64,000 nucleotides of DNA from an uncultured Eubacteriales bacterium (GTDB taxonomy: Bacteria > Bacillota > Clostridia > TANB77 > CAG-508). Shown piece by piece: positions 28,365-38,535 of the stretch. Numbering within the stretch: position 1 is the first letter of the stretch; each line of letters starts with the position of its first letter. The notes under the pieces are model-generated. The model worked only from the letters and a program-made list of their open reading frames with translations. It made no database searches and had not been told where the DNA came from. The stretch lies in the NCBI GenBank assembly GCA_949287075.1, contig CASEEU010000086.1, positions 204 through 64,203 on the forward strand. Direction: 5' to 3'. Made by a program: the position numbers and the translations under genes.

Positions 28365-29660
28365 ATGAATGATAAAAAAGAAAAATTATATTGGAGAAGA
28401 TTAGATAATTCCGCAAAAATATTTCCCATATCTGCTGGAAAAAGATATAGTACAGTTTTTAGATTATCTGTTGTTTTAAAAGAAGCCATACAACCAGATA
28501 TATTACAAATAGCACTAGAAAAAGCATTAGAAGAGTATGAATTTTTTAGAGTTCGATTAAAGAGTGGATTTTTTTGGAACTATTTGGAATATAACCCGAA
28601 AAAGCCAATTGTAGAACAAGAAAAGGAATATCCTTGCAAGTATATAGAACCAAAAGAAAATAATCAATACTTATTTAAAGTTACCTATTTTGATAAAAAA
28701 ATAAATATTGATATATTTCACTCTTTAACAGATGGAAATAGTGGCATCATGTTTTTTAGAGAAATTGTCTATAATTATATAGAAATGTCTCATAAAGAAG
28801 AATTCCAAGAGGAATTAAGAATTAAAAGAAAATTTGACTTATCAACAGAAGATAGCTATATAAAAAATTATAATAAAAAAGCAAAAGGAAATAATTCGTC
28901 TAAAAAAGCATATAAATTAGCAGGAAGAAAAATCAAATTCGGTGCGATTTCAGCAATACATGAAATTATAGATTTACAGGAATTAAAACAAGAGGCAAAA
29001 AGCCATAATGCAACCATTACACAATATTTAACTGCTGTTCTAATATATGCCATCTATCAAGCTAATTATTTAAAAAATAAAGGAAAAAAGCCAATAAAAG
29101 TATGCATACCAGTCAATTTAAAGAAATATTTTCCTTCAAATACAATTTCTAATTTTTTTTCATATATAACAGTAGAAGCACAAATGCAAAAAGAGCATTT
29201 AGATACATTTGATAAAATATTAGAATTTGTAAAGAAAGACTTTGAAGAAAAATTAATGCCAGAAGAAATCCAAAAAACGATGTCAGGAAATGTAAAATTA
29301 GGAACAAATCTATTTATTAAAATAATACCATTAGTATTAAAAAAGCCAATTGTGAGATTAAGTTATTTAGAAATTAGAAAATATACAACAACAACATTTT
29401 CGAATATAGGAAGAATTGGTATTATTGGTAAATATCAAAAATATATAGAAGATTTTCTTATGTTAATTGCACCTGAACCAGTAGAAAAAATTAAATGTTC
29501 TGCATGTTCATTTGAAAATCATATTGTATTTACCTTTACATCCATTTTAGATGATTGTAGTATAGAAAAAGTATTTTACAAATTTTTAACACAAAAAAAT
29601 ATCCATGTCAGAATAGAAAGCAATGAAATTTTAGATATAAAAGATGGTAAAGAATCATAA
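28365..29660 (+). CDS. Condensation-domain-like / alcohol-acetyltransferase-like acyltransferase (HxxxD)
   Basis: WRRLDNSAKIFP at the N-terminus and the catalytic-type motif HSLTDGNSG. 431 aa. Confidence 0.55.
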   Translation: MNDKKEKLYWRRLDNSAKIFPISAGKRYSTVFRLSVVLKEAIQPDILQIALEKALEEYEFFRVRLKSGFFWNYLEYNPKKPIVEQEKEYPCKYIEPKENNQYLFKVTYFDKKINIDIFHSLTDGNSGIMFFREIVYNYIEMSHKEEFQEELRIKRKFDLSTEDSYIKNYNKKAKGNNSSKKAYKLAGRKIKFGAISAIHEIIDLQELKQEAKSHNATITQYLTAVLIYAIYQANYLKNKGKKPIKVCIPVNLKKYFPSNTISNFFSYITVEAQMQKEHLDTFDKILEFVKKDFEEKLMPEEIQKTMSGNVKLGTNLFIKIIPLVLKKPIVRLSYLEIRKYTTTTFSNIGRIGIIGKYQKYIEDFLMLIAPEPVEKIKCSACSFENHIVFTFTSILDDCSIEKVFYKFLTQKNIHVRIESNEILDIKDGKES

Positions 29661-29740
29661 AAAGCAAAAGATAAATACATGAATTTTTATTGCAAATCTA
29701 ATAAAATTATAAACATTTTATACAAAGAAAGGAATTACTT

Positions 29741-30304
29741 ATGCTATATCCTAAAAAATTAAGTAGTAAAAAAAGTAATTTATTGATAAAAATATTATTA
29801 GGTGTATCATTGATAATTGCTATTATATTAACAATTATTAACAAATTAACAACACCTGAAGTTCATTGGGCAGCCCTTGCTAATAGTGGAATTATTTACA
29901 TATGGATAACTGTCAGATATTCTATAAATAAAAGGACCAATATCGCAGGGCATGTTATGATACAAGCCATTGCTATTTCAATTCTAACAACTTACATAGA
30001 TTATAATTTGGGATTTAAAGGTTGGTCTTTAGAAATTTCCATTCCGATTATTATCATGATAGCCAATGTAACTATGTTGGTATTAACGATTGTTAGTCAT
30101 AGAAAATATGTAAGATATGCAATATATCAATTGATTATTTGTATATATAGTATGATACCAATTTATTTTATACAAAAAGAATTAATTGATAATTATATTT
30201 TAAGTTATATAGCTATCGGTATTTCTATTGCAAATTTTATTTTAACAATTGTTCTTTCAGCAAAAGATGTGAAGGAGGCAGTTGTTAGGAAATTTCATAT
30301 GTAA
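29741..30304 (+). CDS. Polytopic membrane protein of unknown function
   Basis: 187 aa with about 5 hydrophobic helices. It lies immediately downstream of the acyltransferase. Confidence 0.5.
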   Translation: MLYPKKLSSKKSNLLIKILLGVSLIIAIILTIINKLTTPEVHWAALANSGIIYIWITVRYSINKRTNIAGHVMIQAIAISILTTYIDYNLGFKGWSLEISIPIIIMIANVTMLVLTIVSHRKYVRYAIYQLIICIYSMIPIYFIQKELIDNYILSYIAIGISIANFILTIVLSAKDVKEAVVRKFHM

Positions 30305-30380
30305 TGTCCCAAATGTCGCATAGAGATCGTTTTTCTGTGCGACATTTGTCCCATAGAGAAACGAACTCTGTGGGACATTT
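30304..30380 (+). repeat. Tandem self-similar hairpins built from four copies of AAATGTC[G/C]CA[T/C]AGA
   Basis: Hairpin 1 pairs 30311..30324 with 30334..30347 (14 bp, one G-U). Hairpin 2 pairs 30348..30358 with 30366..30376 (11 bp, one G-U). Confidence 0.7.
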
Positions 30381-30727
30381 CTAAACAATAAGCTTGCTAT
30401 TTATCAAACAATATGATATATTATTAACATAATTATTTATAATTAAATTCAAAAAAGCTTAAATCAAAAATTTATATCTAAAAATTCCATGATGAAAAAG
30501 TGTAAGTATTATTTAATAAAATAGGAAGTGATGTAAAATCATTTATAATAGTGATTATGTTTTTTATTTATTATTTTTTATAGTTTCAATCTCATCTTTT
30601 TTATATTAAAATTTTTAATCTAATAATTTATAAATTTCATATTTTATTTTTTAAAAGTTAAATCTGATAGATTCTAAAAGGTAATTTAATTATAAGTAAT
30701 TATAAATGATTAAGAAGGAGGAATTAC

Positions 30728-31624
30728 GTGAAGCAAAAAGAAAACAAACCTACCAAAGAAAAAACAAAATTATTATCTCCCAAATTAGACGTTGTATTTC
30801 AAGCATTATTTGGAGAAGTAGGAAATGAAAGAATTACAAAAAAATTTCTAGAAGCAATATTAGATAAGAAATTAGAGGATGTGGATTTAAGTAGGAATAT
30901 TGTTTTAAGAAGAGAAAAGCCAAAAGATAAAATGGGAATATTAGATGTTTTAGTCAAAATTAATCAAAAAGAATATTGTAATGTAGAGATGCAAATGATA
31001 GAAAAAGATAATTTAATAGAAAGAATATTGTACTATTGGTCAAGAATCTATGGGAGAAACTTAAATAGTAGTGATGATTATATAGAATTGAAAAGGACAA
31101 TTGGAATACTAATTGTAAATTTTGAAATAAAAAAATTAAAAGAATTAACATATCATAGTAAATGGCAGATCATAGAAGAAAAGGAGAGAAAGTTAGTCTT
31201 GACAGAACATTTGGAGTTACATATAATAGAGATACCAAAGATATATAAGATAGGAAAAAATGAAGAAACAGAAGAATTAGTAAAATGGATAAATTTTATA
31301 GAAAATCCAGAAAGTAAGAAGGTGGGGGAATATATGAAAGACAATGAAGAGATGAAAGAGGCAAAAGAAAAGTTAGAAGTGATGAGTGAAGATGAAAGAA
31401 TGCAAATTTTAGCCGAATTAAGATTAAAAGCAATTAGAGATGAAAAAGCAATCAAAAGATTTGCAATCAAACAAGGGATGGAAGAAGGAATGAAACAAGG
31501 AATGAAGCAAGGAATAGAACAAGAAAAAAAAGAAATAGCAAAAAAAATGAGAGAAGAAGGATTAGATATAGACATAATTAAAAAAGTAACAGGATTAACA
31601 GAAGAAGAAATCAATGCATTGTAA
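30728..31624 (+). CDS. Rpn-family recombination-promoting nuclease / PD-(D/E)XK putative transposase (YhgA-like)
   Basis: GTG start after AAGGAGG. It has LSPKLDVVFQALFGEVGNERI, DVLVKINQKEYCNVEMQM, and a C-terminal repetitive GMEEGMKQGMKQGIEQ helix. Confidence 0.7.
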   Translation: MKQKENKPTKEKTKLLSPKLDVVFQALFGEVGNERITKKFLEAILDKKLEDVDLSRNIVLRREKPKDKMGILDVLVKINQKEYCNVEMQMIEKDNLIERILYYWSRIYGRNLNSSDDYIELKRTIGILIVNFEIKKLKELTYHSKWQIIEEKERKLVLTEHLELHIIEIPKIYKIGKNEETEELVKWINFIENPESKKVGEYMKDNEEMKEAKEKLEVMSEDERMQILAELRLKAIRDEKAIKRFAIKQGMEEGMKQGMKQGIEQEKKEIAKKMREEGLDIDIIKKVTGLTEEEINAL

Positions 31625-31660
31625 AAGTCAAAAGAGTATAACTCAAGGTAGAGGTGAAAT

Positions 31661-33238
31661 ATGAAGTCCAATATTTTTAAATATATATTTATTATATTTG
31701 TCATTATCATTGTTGTTGTTGCATTTTTTGTTATCAGAAATAACGAAAGTGAACAAGAGACACGAGAAGAAACTACAAGTACAGAAAAAGAGATTATAAG
31801 ACAAATCCGATTAGGAATTGCACAATGTGATACATTAAATCCATTGTTAACTACGAATAAAAATGTTCAAGATATCACCAAATTAATTTATGAACCATTA
31901 GTGGATATATCATCAGACTATAAGGCAACACCAATGTTGGCAACAGAGTGGGCAAAACAAGATGCAACCACATATATTATCAAATTAAGAGAAAATGTGA
32001 AATGGTCAAATGGAGATAGATTTACAGCAATAGATGTTCAATTTACCTATGATAAATTAAAAGAAAATTCTTCTATATATTCAAGTAATCTACAACATGT
32101 TACAACACTAGAAATTGTAGATGATTATACAATAAAAATGTATTTAGACCAAGAAGTTCCATTTTTTGAATATTATTTAACTTTTCCAATACTATCTAAA
32201 ACATTTTATGACACACAAGATTATTACAATACGGGAATTGTATCAGTCGGAACAGGAAAATATAAAGTAGAAAGTGTAGAGGAAAATTATATAGAACTAA
32301 CAAAAAATACTAATTGGTGGGATAGAGATACAGAATTATCATTAGAAGAAATTACAGTTAATGTATATGATTCTGTGGGAGAATTATATAATGCCTTTAA
32401 ATTAGGAAATGTAGATATGGTTAATACCAATAATATGAATATACAAAACTATATAGGAACAATGGGATATAGTACAAAAGAAATAAAAGGAAGAGAACAT
32501 GATTTTCTAGTTTTAAATACACAAAATACTTTATTAGCAAATCAGGAAGTAAGAAGAGCAATTGCTTATTCAATAGATAAAAATAATATAGTATCAAATG
32601 TTTTTCAAAATAAATATTACACTTCAAGCTTTCCACTAGATTTTGGTTCATGGTTATACCAAGAGCAAGACGGAAGTTCTGGATATAACCCTGAACAAGC
32701 TAATCAAATTTTATCAGAAAATGGTTGGAGTTATAGAAATAATTCTTGGCAAAAAACGATAAATAGAAGAACACAAAGAATTGAACTAAATCTTATTGTA
32801 AAAGCATCAAATTCTACACAAATATCTGTGGCGGAAAATATAAAAACACAATTAGCAAATCAAGGACTTAGAATCAATATTCAGCAATATTCTGATGAGC
32901 AATATAATCTTGCAATACAAAATAAATCTTATGATATGATTTTATGTGGTATGAATTTATCACCAAATCCGGATATGTCACTATTTTTTGGAGAAGGCAA
33001 TTTAGCAAATTATACGAATGAAGAAGTTACCAATTTGATGAATGAAGTAAAAAATACAACAGATGAAGAAACGATAAAAAATGATTATGCAAGACTTGCA
33101 GAAATTTATAAAACAGATATACCATATATTAGTTTATATACGAATAAACATATAATAGCATATAATACAGAATTGGTAGGAGAAATTAATTCTAATTGGT
33201 TTAATCCATTTTGTGGAATAGAAACATGGTATAGATAA
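31661..33238 (+). CDS. ABC transporter substrate-binding protein, family 5 (peptide/nickel type); orphan
   Basis: A signal/anchor helix, then LRENVKWSNGDRFTAIDVQFTYDKL and other SBP_bac_5-like segments. No permease or ATPase gene is adjacent. Confidence 0.75.
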   Translation: MKSNIFKYIFIIFVIIIVVVAFFVIRNNESEQETREETTSTEKEIIRQIRLGIAQCDTLNPLLTTNKNVQDITKLIYEPLVDISSDYKATPMLATEWAKQDATTYIIKLRENVKWSNGDRFTAIDVQFTYDKLKENSSIYSSNLQHVTTLEIVDDYTIKMYLDQEVPFFEYYLTFPILSKTFYDTQDYYNTGIVSVGTGKYKVESVEENYIELTKNTNWWDRDTELSLEEITVNVYDSVGELYNAFKLGNVDMVNTNNMNIQNYIGTMGYSTKEIKGREHDFLVLNTQNTLLANQEVRRAIAYSIDKNNIVSNVFQNKYYTSSFPLDFGSWLYQEQDGSSGYNPEQANQILSENGWSYRNNSWQKTINRRTQRIELNLIVKASNSTQISVAENIKTQLANQGLRINIQQYSDEQYNLAIQNKSYDMILCGMNLSPNPDMSLFFGEGNLANYTNEEVTNLMNEVKNTTDEETIKNDYARLAEIYKTDIPYISLYTNKHIIAYNTELVGEINSNWFNPFCGIETWYR

Positions 33239-33265
33239 AGAAAATAAAAAAATTAAAAATAAGTA

Positions 33266-33293
33266 TTGACAAAACAAATTTTTGATATATAAT
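33266..33293 (+). promoter_or_regulatory. Sigma-A-type promoter of recA
   Basis: TTGACA (33266..33271) - 16 nt - TATAAT (33288..33293). AAACAAAAGTTC at 33303..33314 resembles a GAAC-N4-GTTC SOS box with one mismatch. Confidence 0.5.
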
Positions 33294-33334
33294 AACAATA
33301 TCAAACAAAAGTTCAAAAAATGAGGAGGAAAATT

Positions 33335-34390
33335 ATGAGTGAGAATGCAGAAAAAAAGAAGGCATTAGAAGCAGCAATGAGTCAAATAGAAAAACAATTT
33401 GGTAAAGGTTCTGTTATGAAATTAGGAGAATTTAAAGCAATGGAAATAGAGGCAATTCCAACAGGTGCCTTAAGCTTAGATATTGCATTAGGAATTGGAG
33501 GAGTACCTAGAGGAAGAATTATAGAAGTATTTGGACCAGAATCTTCAGGTAAAACAACGTTAGCATTACATATTATTGCAGAAGCACAGAAAATTGGAGG
33601 AGAAGCAGCATTTATTGATGCAGAACATGCGTTAGATCCAGTTTATGCAAAAAAATTAGGTGTAGATATAGATAATTTAATTGTATCTCAACCAGATACT
33701 GGAGAACAAGCATTAGAAATAACAGAAAGTTTGGTTAGAAGTGGAGCTTTAGATGTTATTGTAGTAGACTCAGTAGCAGCATTGGTTCCAAAAGCTGAAA
33801 TAGACGGTGACATGGGAGATTCACACATGGGATTACAAGCAAGACTTATGTCACAAGCGTTAAGAAAATTAGCAGGTGCAATTAATAAATCTAAAACAGT
33901 ATTAATCTTTATAAATCAATTAAGAGAAAAAATAGGAGTTATGTTTGGAAATCCAGAAACAACAACAGGTGGTAGAGCTTTGAAATTCTATGCATCAGTT
34001 AGAATGGATATTCGAAAAATAGAAAATATTAAGCAAGATGGAGAAGTAAAAGGAAATAGAGTAAGAGTAAAAGTAATAAAAAATAAAGTAGCACCACCAT
34101 TTAGAGAAGCTGAATTTGATATTATATATGGAGAAGGAATTTCAAAAGAAGGTAATATTCTAGATATGGCTGTTAATTTAGATATTGTAGAAAAAGCAGG
34201 TTCTTGGTTTAGCTATAATGGAGAAAGAATAGGACAAGGAAGAGAAAATGTTAAGAAATACTTAAAGGAAAATCCAAAAATGCTAGAAGAAATAGAAGGA
34301 AAAGTAAGACAAGATTTTGAGAAAGTATTTGAAGAAAGCTTAGGAGAAGAATTGCCTGAAATTGATATGGATGATGATGAAGAAGAATAA
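33335..34390 (+). CDS. recA: Recombinase RecA
   Basis: [19 protein letters not shown], Walker [26 protein letters not shown] and [29 protein letters not shown] precedes the ATG at 33335. Confidence 0.95.
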   Translation: MSENAEKKKALEAAMSQIEKQFGKGSVMKLGEFKAMEIEAIPTGALSLDIALGIGGVPRGRIIEVFGPESSGKTTLALHIIAEAQKIGGEAAFIDAEHALDPVYAKKLGVDIDNLIVSQPDTGEQALEITESLVRSGALDVIVVDSVAALVPKAEIDGDMGDSHMGLQARLMSQALRKLAGAINKSKTVLIFINQLREKIGVMFGNPETTTGGRALKFYASVRMDIRKIENIKQDGEVKGNRVRVKVIKNKVAPPFREAEFDIIYGEGISKEGNILDMAVNLDIVEKAGSWFSYNGERIGQGRENVKKYLKENPKMLEEIEGKVRQDFEKVFEESLGEELPEIDMDDDEEE

Positions 34391-34395
34391 AATTT

Positions 34396-34426
34396 AAAAA
34401 AGAGATACAAAAGTATCTCTTTTTTC
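34396..34426 (+). terminator. Intrinsic terminator of recA
   Basis: agagatac-aaaa-gtatctct followed by ttttt. Confidence 0.75.
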
Positions 34427-34584
34427 AGTTTTGATTGTTTGGTCGATTACGTAATGTTTAAAATAATATATGATTAACCTTTTTAGCATTGGGGCTGAAC
34501 TATAACATGAGACAGAAAAAGTTATCATGAAGCAATATTTGTTATTGATATTTTGAAATCTTTATAGTAAAATATAAGGAAAGA

Positions 34585-35088
34585 ATGTGTTTACAAAGCA
34601 AATATGGGAGAGAAAAGATGAAAGAAAGATATAGAACTTTATCAGCCGTTATGTTAATGTTAATGAGGAAAGAAAATGGAAAAGAAGAAATTCTGTTGCA
34701 AAAAAGAAAAAATACAGGATATATGGATGGTTATTGGGATTGTTCAGCAAGTGGACATGTTGAAAATATGGAAAGCATGAAAATGGCGATGAGAAGAGAA
34801 GCAAAAGAAGAATTGTGTATTGATATTGATATGAAGGATTTAGAGTTTGTTTCACTAATACATAAAATAAATGGAGAAGACACGATTTATTATAATGGTT
34901 ATTTTAAAACAAATAAATGGAAAGGGGAACCTAAAATTGGTGAACCTAACAAAGATGAAGAAATAAAATGGTTTAATATTCATGACATTCCAGAAAATTT
35001 AATAGACGATAGAAAAGAAGCGATTAAAAATTATATACAAAAAATACCATATAGTGAATTTGGTTGGGATGAAAGAAAACAAGGGTAA
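34585..35088 (+). CDS. NUDIX hydrolase
   Basis: The Nudix box is GHVENMESMKMAMRREAKEELCI. An alternative start at 34618 (after GGGAGAG) is equally plausible. Confidence 0.75.
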   Translation: MCLQSKYGREKMKERYRTLSAVMLMLMRKENGKEEILLQKRKNTGYMDGYWDCSASGHVENMESMKMAMRREAKEELCIDIDMKDLEFVSLIHKINGEDTIYYNGYFKTNKWKGEPKIGEPNKDEEIKWFNIHDIPENLIDDRKEAIKNYIQKIPYSEFGWDERKQG

Positions 35089-35099
35089 AGGTGAATATT

Positions 35100-35972
35100 A
35101 TGATAAAATTACTAGCAAGTGATTTAGATGGAACAATTGTATCTAATAATCAGATAACAACAGATGATTTGGAAGCAGTTGAAAGATTAAAACAAACAGA
35201 TGTAAAATTTGTGATTTGTACAGGAAAGACATATGTAATGACAAAAGATATATGTCATCAATTAGAACCAGCATATGGTATTTTTGGAAATGGAACACAA
35301 ATTATGAATATACAAACTGGTAAAGAAATTATTAGAAATACGATAACAAATACACAAATAATGGATTGTTTAAAAATTGCCAAAAAACATCATTTACATA
35401 TACATATTTATACAGATCATAAAATTATCGCACAAGAAAAATTAGATTATATGGCTTATAGAAATTATATTTTATACAAAGATCAAGTAGAATTTGAAAT
35501 AGTGGATTCTATAGAAAATTATATAAAAGAAAAAAATCCCAATATATTGAAATTGATTTTATCTGGGGAAAAAGAGTTATCAAAAGTAAAAAATGAAATT
35601 GAATCAAAAGAGAAGGTAACAGCTATACGAATAAAGAAATGTGGACAATATATAGATAAAGTTGTTGGTAAAGAATATGAATATTTAGATATTGTACCTA
35701 AGCATATAACAAAATATCAGGCTTTAATGCAATTAAGTATATATTTAGGGATATCAATGGAACAAATTATGGCAATAGGAGATAATATCAATGATATAGA
35801 AATGATAAAACATGCAGGAATTGGGGTGGCAATAGGAGGTAGTTATAAAAGAGTACAAAATGTTGCTACATATGTAACCAAAAATACAGTAAAAACAGGA
35901 GGATTTGCAGAAGCAGTTGATAAATTTTTAATAGAAACAAGGAGTGAAAATGTATACAGTAGAAGAATTTGA
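35100..35972 (+). CDS. Cof-type HAD-IIB phosphatase
   Basis: LLASDLDGTIV, CTGK and GDNINDIEM. Confidence 0.75.
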   Translation: MIKLLASDLDGTIVSNNQITTDDLEAVERLKQTDVKFVICTGKTYVMTKDICHQLEPAYGIFGNGTQIMNIQTGKEIIRNTITNTQIMDCLKIAKKHHLHIHIYTDHKIIAQEKLDYMAYRNYILYKDQVEFEIVDSIENYIKEKNPNILKLILSGEKELSKVKNEIESKEKVTAIRIKKCGQYIDKVVGKEYEYLDIVPKHITKYQALMQLSIYLGISMEQIMAIGDNINDIEMIKHAGIGVAIGGSYKRVQNVATYVTKNTVKTGGFAEAVDKFLIETRSENVYSRRI

Positions 35973-36396
35973 TAAACAAAAAACAAAAGTATTAAAATAT
36001 ATATTATATAAAAAAAGAAGTGAAAATGAAATCAGAAAAAAATTCGAAAAAGAAATAGAAGAAAATTTGTTGGAAGATATTATTGCTTATTTAAAAGAGG
36101 CGAAATACATAGATGATAGGGAATATATTAGAAAAACAATTAATAATTTTATGGCTTTAAAAAATTTGTCTATACGTGAAATTGAATATAAGCTATATAG
36201 TAAAGGAATTAGAAAAGAAGATATAGAAGATTATATTTATGAAAATAAAGAAGAACTAAATCAATATGAAATAAAATCAGCTAGAAATATTACCAATAAA
36301 AAAGTAACATCATTGGAAATAGAAGAAATCAAACAATATCTAATGAAAAAAGGATATAAAAGAGAAAATGTAAATACAGCGTTAGAAGATATATAA
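35950..36396 (+). CDS. recX: Recombination regulator RecX
   Basis: About 148 aa of three-helix repeats with the typical LKYILYKKRSENEIRKKF and YIDDREY segments. AGGAG precedes the ATG at 35950. Confidence 0.65.
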   Translation: MYTVEEFDKQKTKVLKYILYKKRSENEIRKKFEKEIEENLLEDIIAYLKEAKYIDDREYIRKTINNFMALKNLSIREIEYKLYSKGIRKEDIEDYIYENKEELNQYEIKSARNITNKKVTSLEIEEIKQYLMKKGYKRENVNTALEDI

Positions 36397-36444
36397 ATAG
36401 ATAATATTAAAATTATTTATAAGGAGAAAAAGAGGAGAGAAACA

Positions 36445-37194
36445 ATGTCTATATTAACATTAGAAACAAAAAGATATGCTATTAAGATAGAGAATTTTGA
36501 AGGTCCTTTAGATTTATTATGTCATTTAATTGAAAAAAATAAGATGGATATTTATGACATTCATTTAAATGAAATTACAGACCAATATATACAATACTTA
36601 AATCAGATGGAAAAAATGAATTTAGAAATTGCTAGTGAATTTGTCGTTATGGCATCAACTTTATTATATCTAAAATCAAAGAATTTACTTCCAAAACAAG
36701 AAGAGGAAGAAGAAGAATTAACAGAAGAAGAATTGATTAGAAGAATTATCGAATACAAAAAGTTTAAAGAAATTAGTAAAGTATTAAAACAAAAGTATAT
36801 ACAAAATGGAACTCGATATTATAAAAATCAGGAAGATATTGAACTTCCGAAACAAAAAATAAAAAAAGACTATGATAATATGGTTATTCCAGACATATAT
36901 AAAAACGTAATAGCAAAAAATCGTGCAAAAATCAATCAAAATGCCAAAAATATTGAAAAAATTGCATTAGTAGAAAATTATACAGTTGCTAGTAAGGTAA
37001 AAGAAATGTTTAAAGTACTGGTTAAACAAAAAAGATTTGTGTTTAATAAATTATTTTCGTTAAATAAGCATAATAAGCAAGAAGTAGTAACTGCATTTAG
37101 TGGGTTATTAGAAATGTCAAGAAGGAAAAAAGTAGAAACTAAACAAGAAGAATTATTTGGAGATATTACGGTAGAAAAAACAAAAAGGGCATAA
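36445..37194 (+). CDS. scpA: Segregation and condensation protein A
   Basis: NFEGPLDLLCHLIEKNKMDIYDIHLNEITDQY and ASEFVVMASTLLYLKS. Confidence 0.85.
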   Translation: MSILTLETKRYAIKIENFEGPLDLLCHLIEKNKMDIYDIHLNEITDQYIQYLNQMEKMNLEIASEFVVMASTLLYLKSKNLLPKQEEEEEELTEEELIRRIIEYKKFKEISKVLKQKYIQNGTRYYKNQEDIELPKQKIKKDYDNMVIPDIYKNVIAKNRAKINQNAKNIEKIALVENYTVASKVKEMFKVLVKQKRFVFNKLFSLNKHNKQEVVTAFSGLLEMSRRKKVETKQEELFGDITVEKTKRA

Positions 37195-37261
37195 CTATGT
37201 TTAAAAAGATAAAAAAAGGAAAAACTAATATAAATTGCTTTATAAAAAGGAGGCAAGTATA

Positions 37262-37900
37262 TTGGTTTTTCTTTTTATTATGTGGATTATCCTTGTAGTT
37301 GCATTGGTAATTATAACAGCTAAAATAGAAGTAAAAATTGTAGATTTTGTTATAGACTCACAAAATAAAGAACATATTTCTGATAAATATAAAATTATTA
37401 CAAAAATAAAAATCTTTGGAAATATACCGATTATAAAGTTTACACTAAATAAGATTAAAGTAAGAAAAATACAAAAATTAAGGAAGATGAATGAAAAAGT
37501 AAAACAATTAGAGAGGGATATTTTGAAAAATGAAAATAAGTTTGATAAGAAAATAATGAAAGGATTAAAAGAATTTAGTAAAGGTATCTATGTGGAGAAT
37601 TTAGAGGTAGAAGTAAAATTAGGAACAGAAAACGCATTTTTAACATCTATGTTAGTTGCTTTTTTTTCCAGCATATTAGCTCTTCCTTTTTCAAGAATTT
37701 ATGTAAAAGAAAAGAATATTGTATATAAAATTGAACCAGTTTATGGGAATGAAAATTCTATAAAAATTGAAATTTCTGGTATATTTCAAATAAAACTGAT
37801 ACATATTATAAATACCATATATGTATTAAATAAAAAAGGAGGAAGGAAAAATCATGAGCGAACATCCAATAGAAGGTCTTATGACTACAGCTATGAATAG
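37262..37900 (+). CDS. Membrane protein, YtfI/DUF2953-like (sporulation-associated)
   Basis: An N-terminal TM helix; the gene sits directly upstream of ytfJ and overlaps it. The start is uncertain: TTG at 37262 after AAGGAGG, TTG at 37235, or ATG at 37280. Confidence 0.45.
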   Translation: MVFLFIMWIILVVALVIITAKIEVKIVDFVIDSQNKEHISDKYKIITKIKIFGNIPIIKFTLNKIKVRKIQKLRKMNEKVKQLERDILKNENKFDKKIMKGLKEFSKGIYVENLEVEVKLGTENAFLTSMLVAFFSSILALPFSRIYVKEKNIVYKIEPVYGNENSIKIEISGIFQIKLIHIINTIYVLNKKGGRKNHERTSNRRSYDYSYE

Positions 37901-38471
37901 TATTCAAGATATGATAGATGTAAATACTATTATAGGGGAGCCAATTGAAACATCTAATAATATTGTCATTATCCCTATTTCAAAAGTATCATTTGGATTT
38001 GCAGCAGGTGGAAGTGAATTTAAAGGAGAAACTGTTGATGAGTATAGAAAAAGAGAAAAAGAAGAAGAGGTACAATACAGATTACCATTTGGAGGTGGTT
38101 CAGGAGCAGGAGTTACGATTAATCCAATAGCATTTTTAGTTATTCAAGGGGAAAGTGTAAAACTAATGCCTGTTAATTATAGTTCATCAATAGACAAACT
38201 TTTAGATTATATTCCAGACTTATTAGATAAAACAAATAATATGATTAACAAATGTATGCAAAAGTCAAAAGATAAAGAAAAAACAAAAGAAGAAACTAAA
38301 GATAAGGAACAAGAAAAAACAAAAAAAGTAAAAATGGATAGAAATAGAATAGAAGAAGATTTAGATGAAAGTAGACATATAAAAGAAAGGATAGAAAAAA
38401 CAAAAAAACCAATAGAAGAAGAAATTACGTATGAGTATGAATATGATGAAACATTAGATGATGACGAATAA
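37854..38471 (+). CDS. ytfJ: Sporulation protein YtfJ (GerW family) with a ~65-aa Lys/Glu/Asp-rich tail
   Basis: IIGEPIETSNNIVIIPISKVSFGFAAGG and PFGGGSGAGVTINPIAFLVI. The tail runs KSKDKEKTKEETKDKEQEKTKK...YDETLDDDE. Confidence 0.75.
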   Translation: MSEHPIEGLMTTAMNSIQDMIDVNTIIGEPIETSNNIVIIPISKVSFGFAAGGSEFKGETVDEYRKREKEEEVQYRLPFGGGSGAGVTINPIAFLVIQGESVKLMPVNYSSSIDKLLDYIPDLLDKTNNMINKCMQKSKDKEKTKEETKDKEQEKTKKVKMDRNRIEEDLDESRHIKERIEKTKKPIEEEITYEYEYDETLDDDE

Positions 38472-38491
38472 AAAATAATAATTTTATTTAT

Positions 38492-38535
38492 AAATGTAAT
38501 GGATTGCTAATAGTATGTAGTTCATTACATTTTTT
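38492..38535 (+). terminator. Intrinsic terminator of ytfJ
   Basis: aaatgtaatg / cattacattt, a 10-bp stem followed by ttttt. Confidence 0.65.

Noticed and set aside
31153-31710. A 185-aa minus-strand ORF antisense to the Rpn gene.
   Set aside because: It is the Ser/Phe/Ile-rich mirror image of a Lys/Glu-rich coding strand, and it has no RBS. This is a typical antisense artefact in AT-rich DNA. The same applies to 41395..41913, 12173..12547, 8329..8769, 48342..49250, 51284..51679, 19881..20288 and the other short antisense track ORFs.
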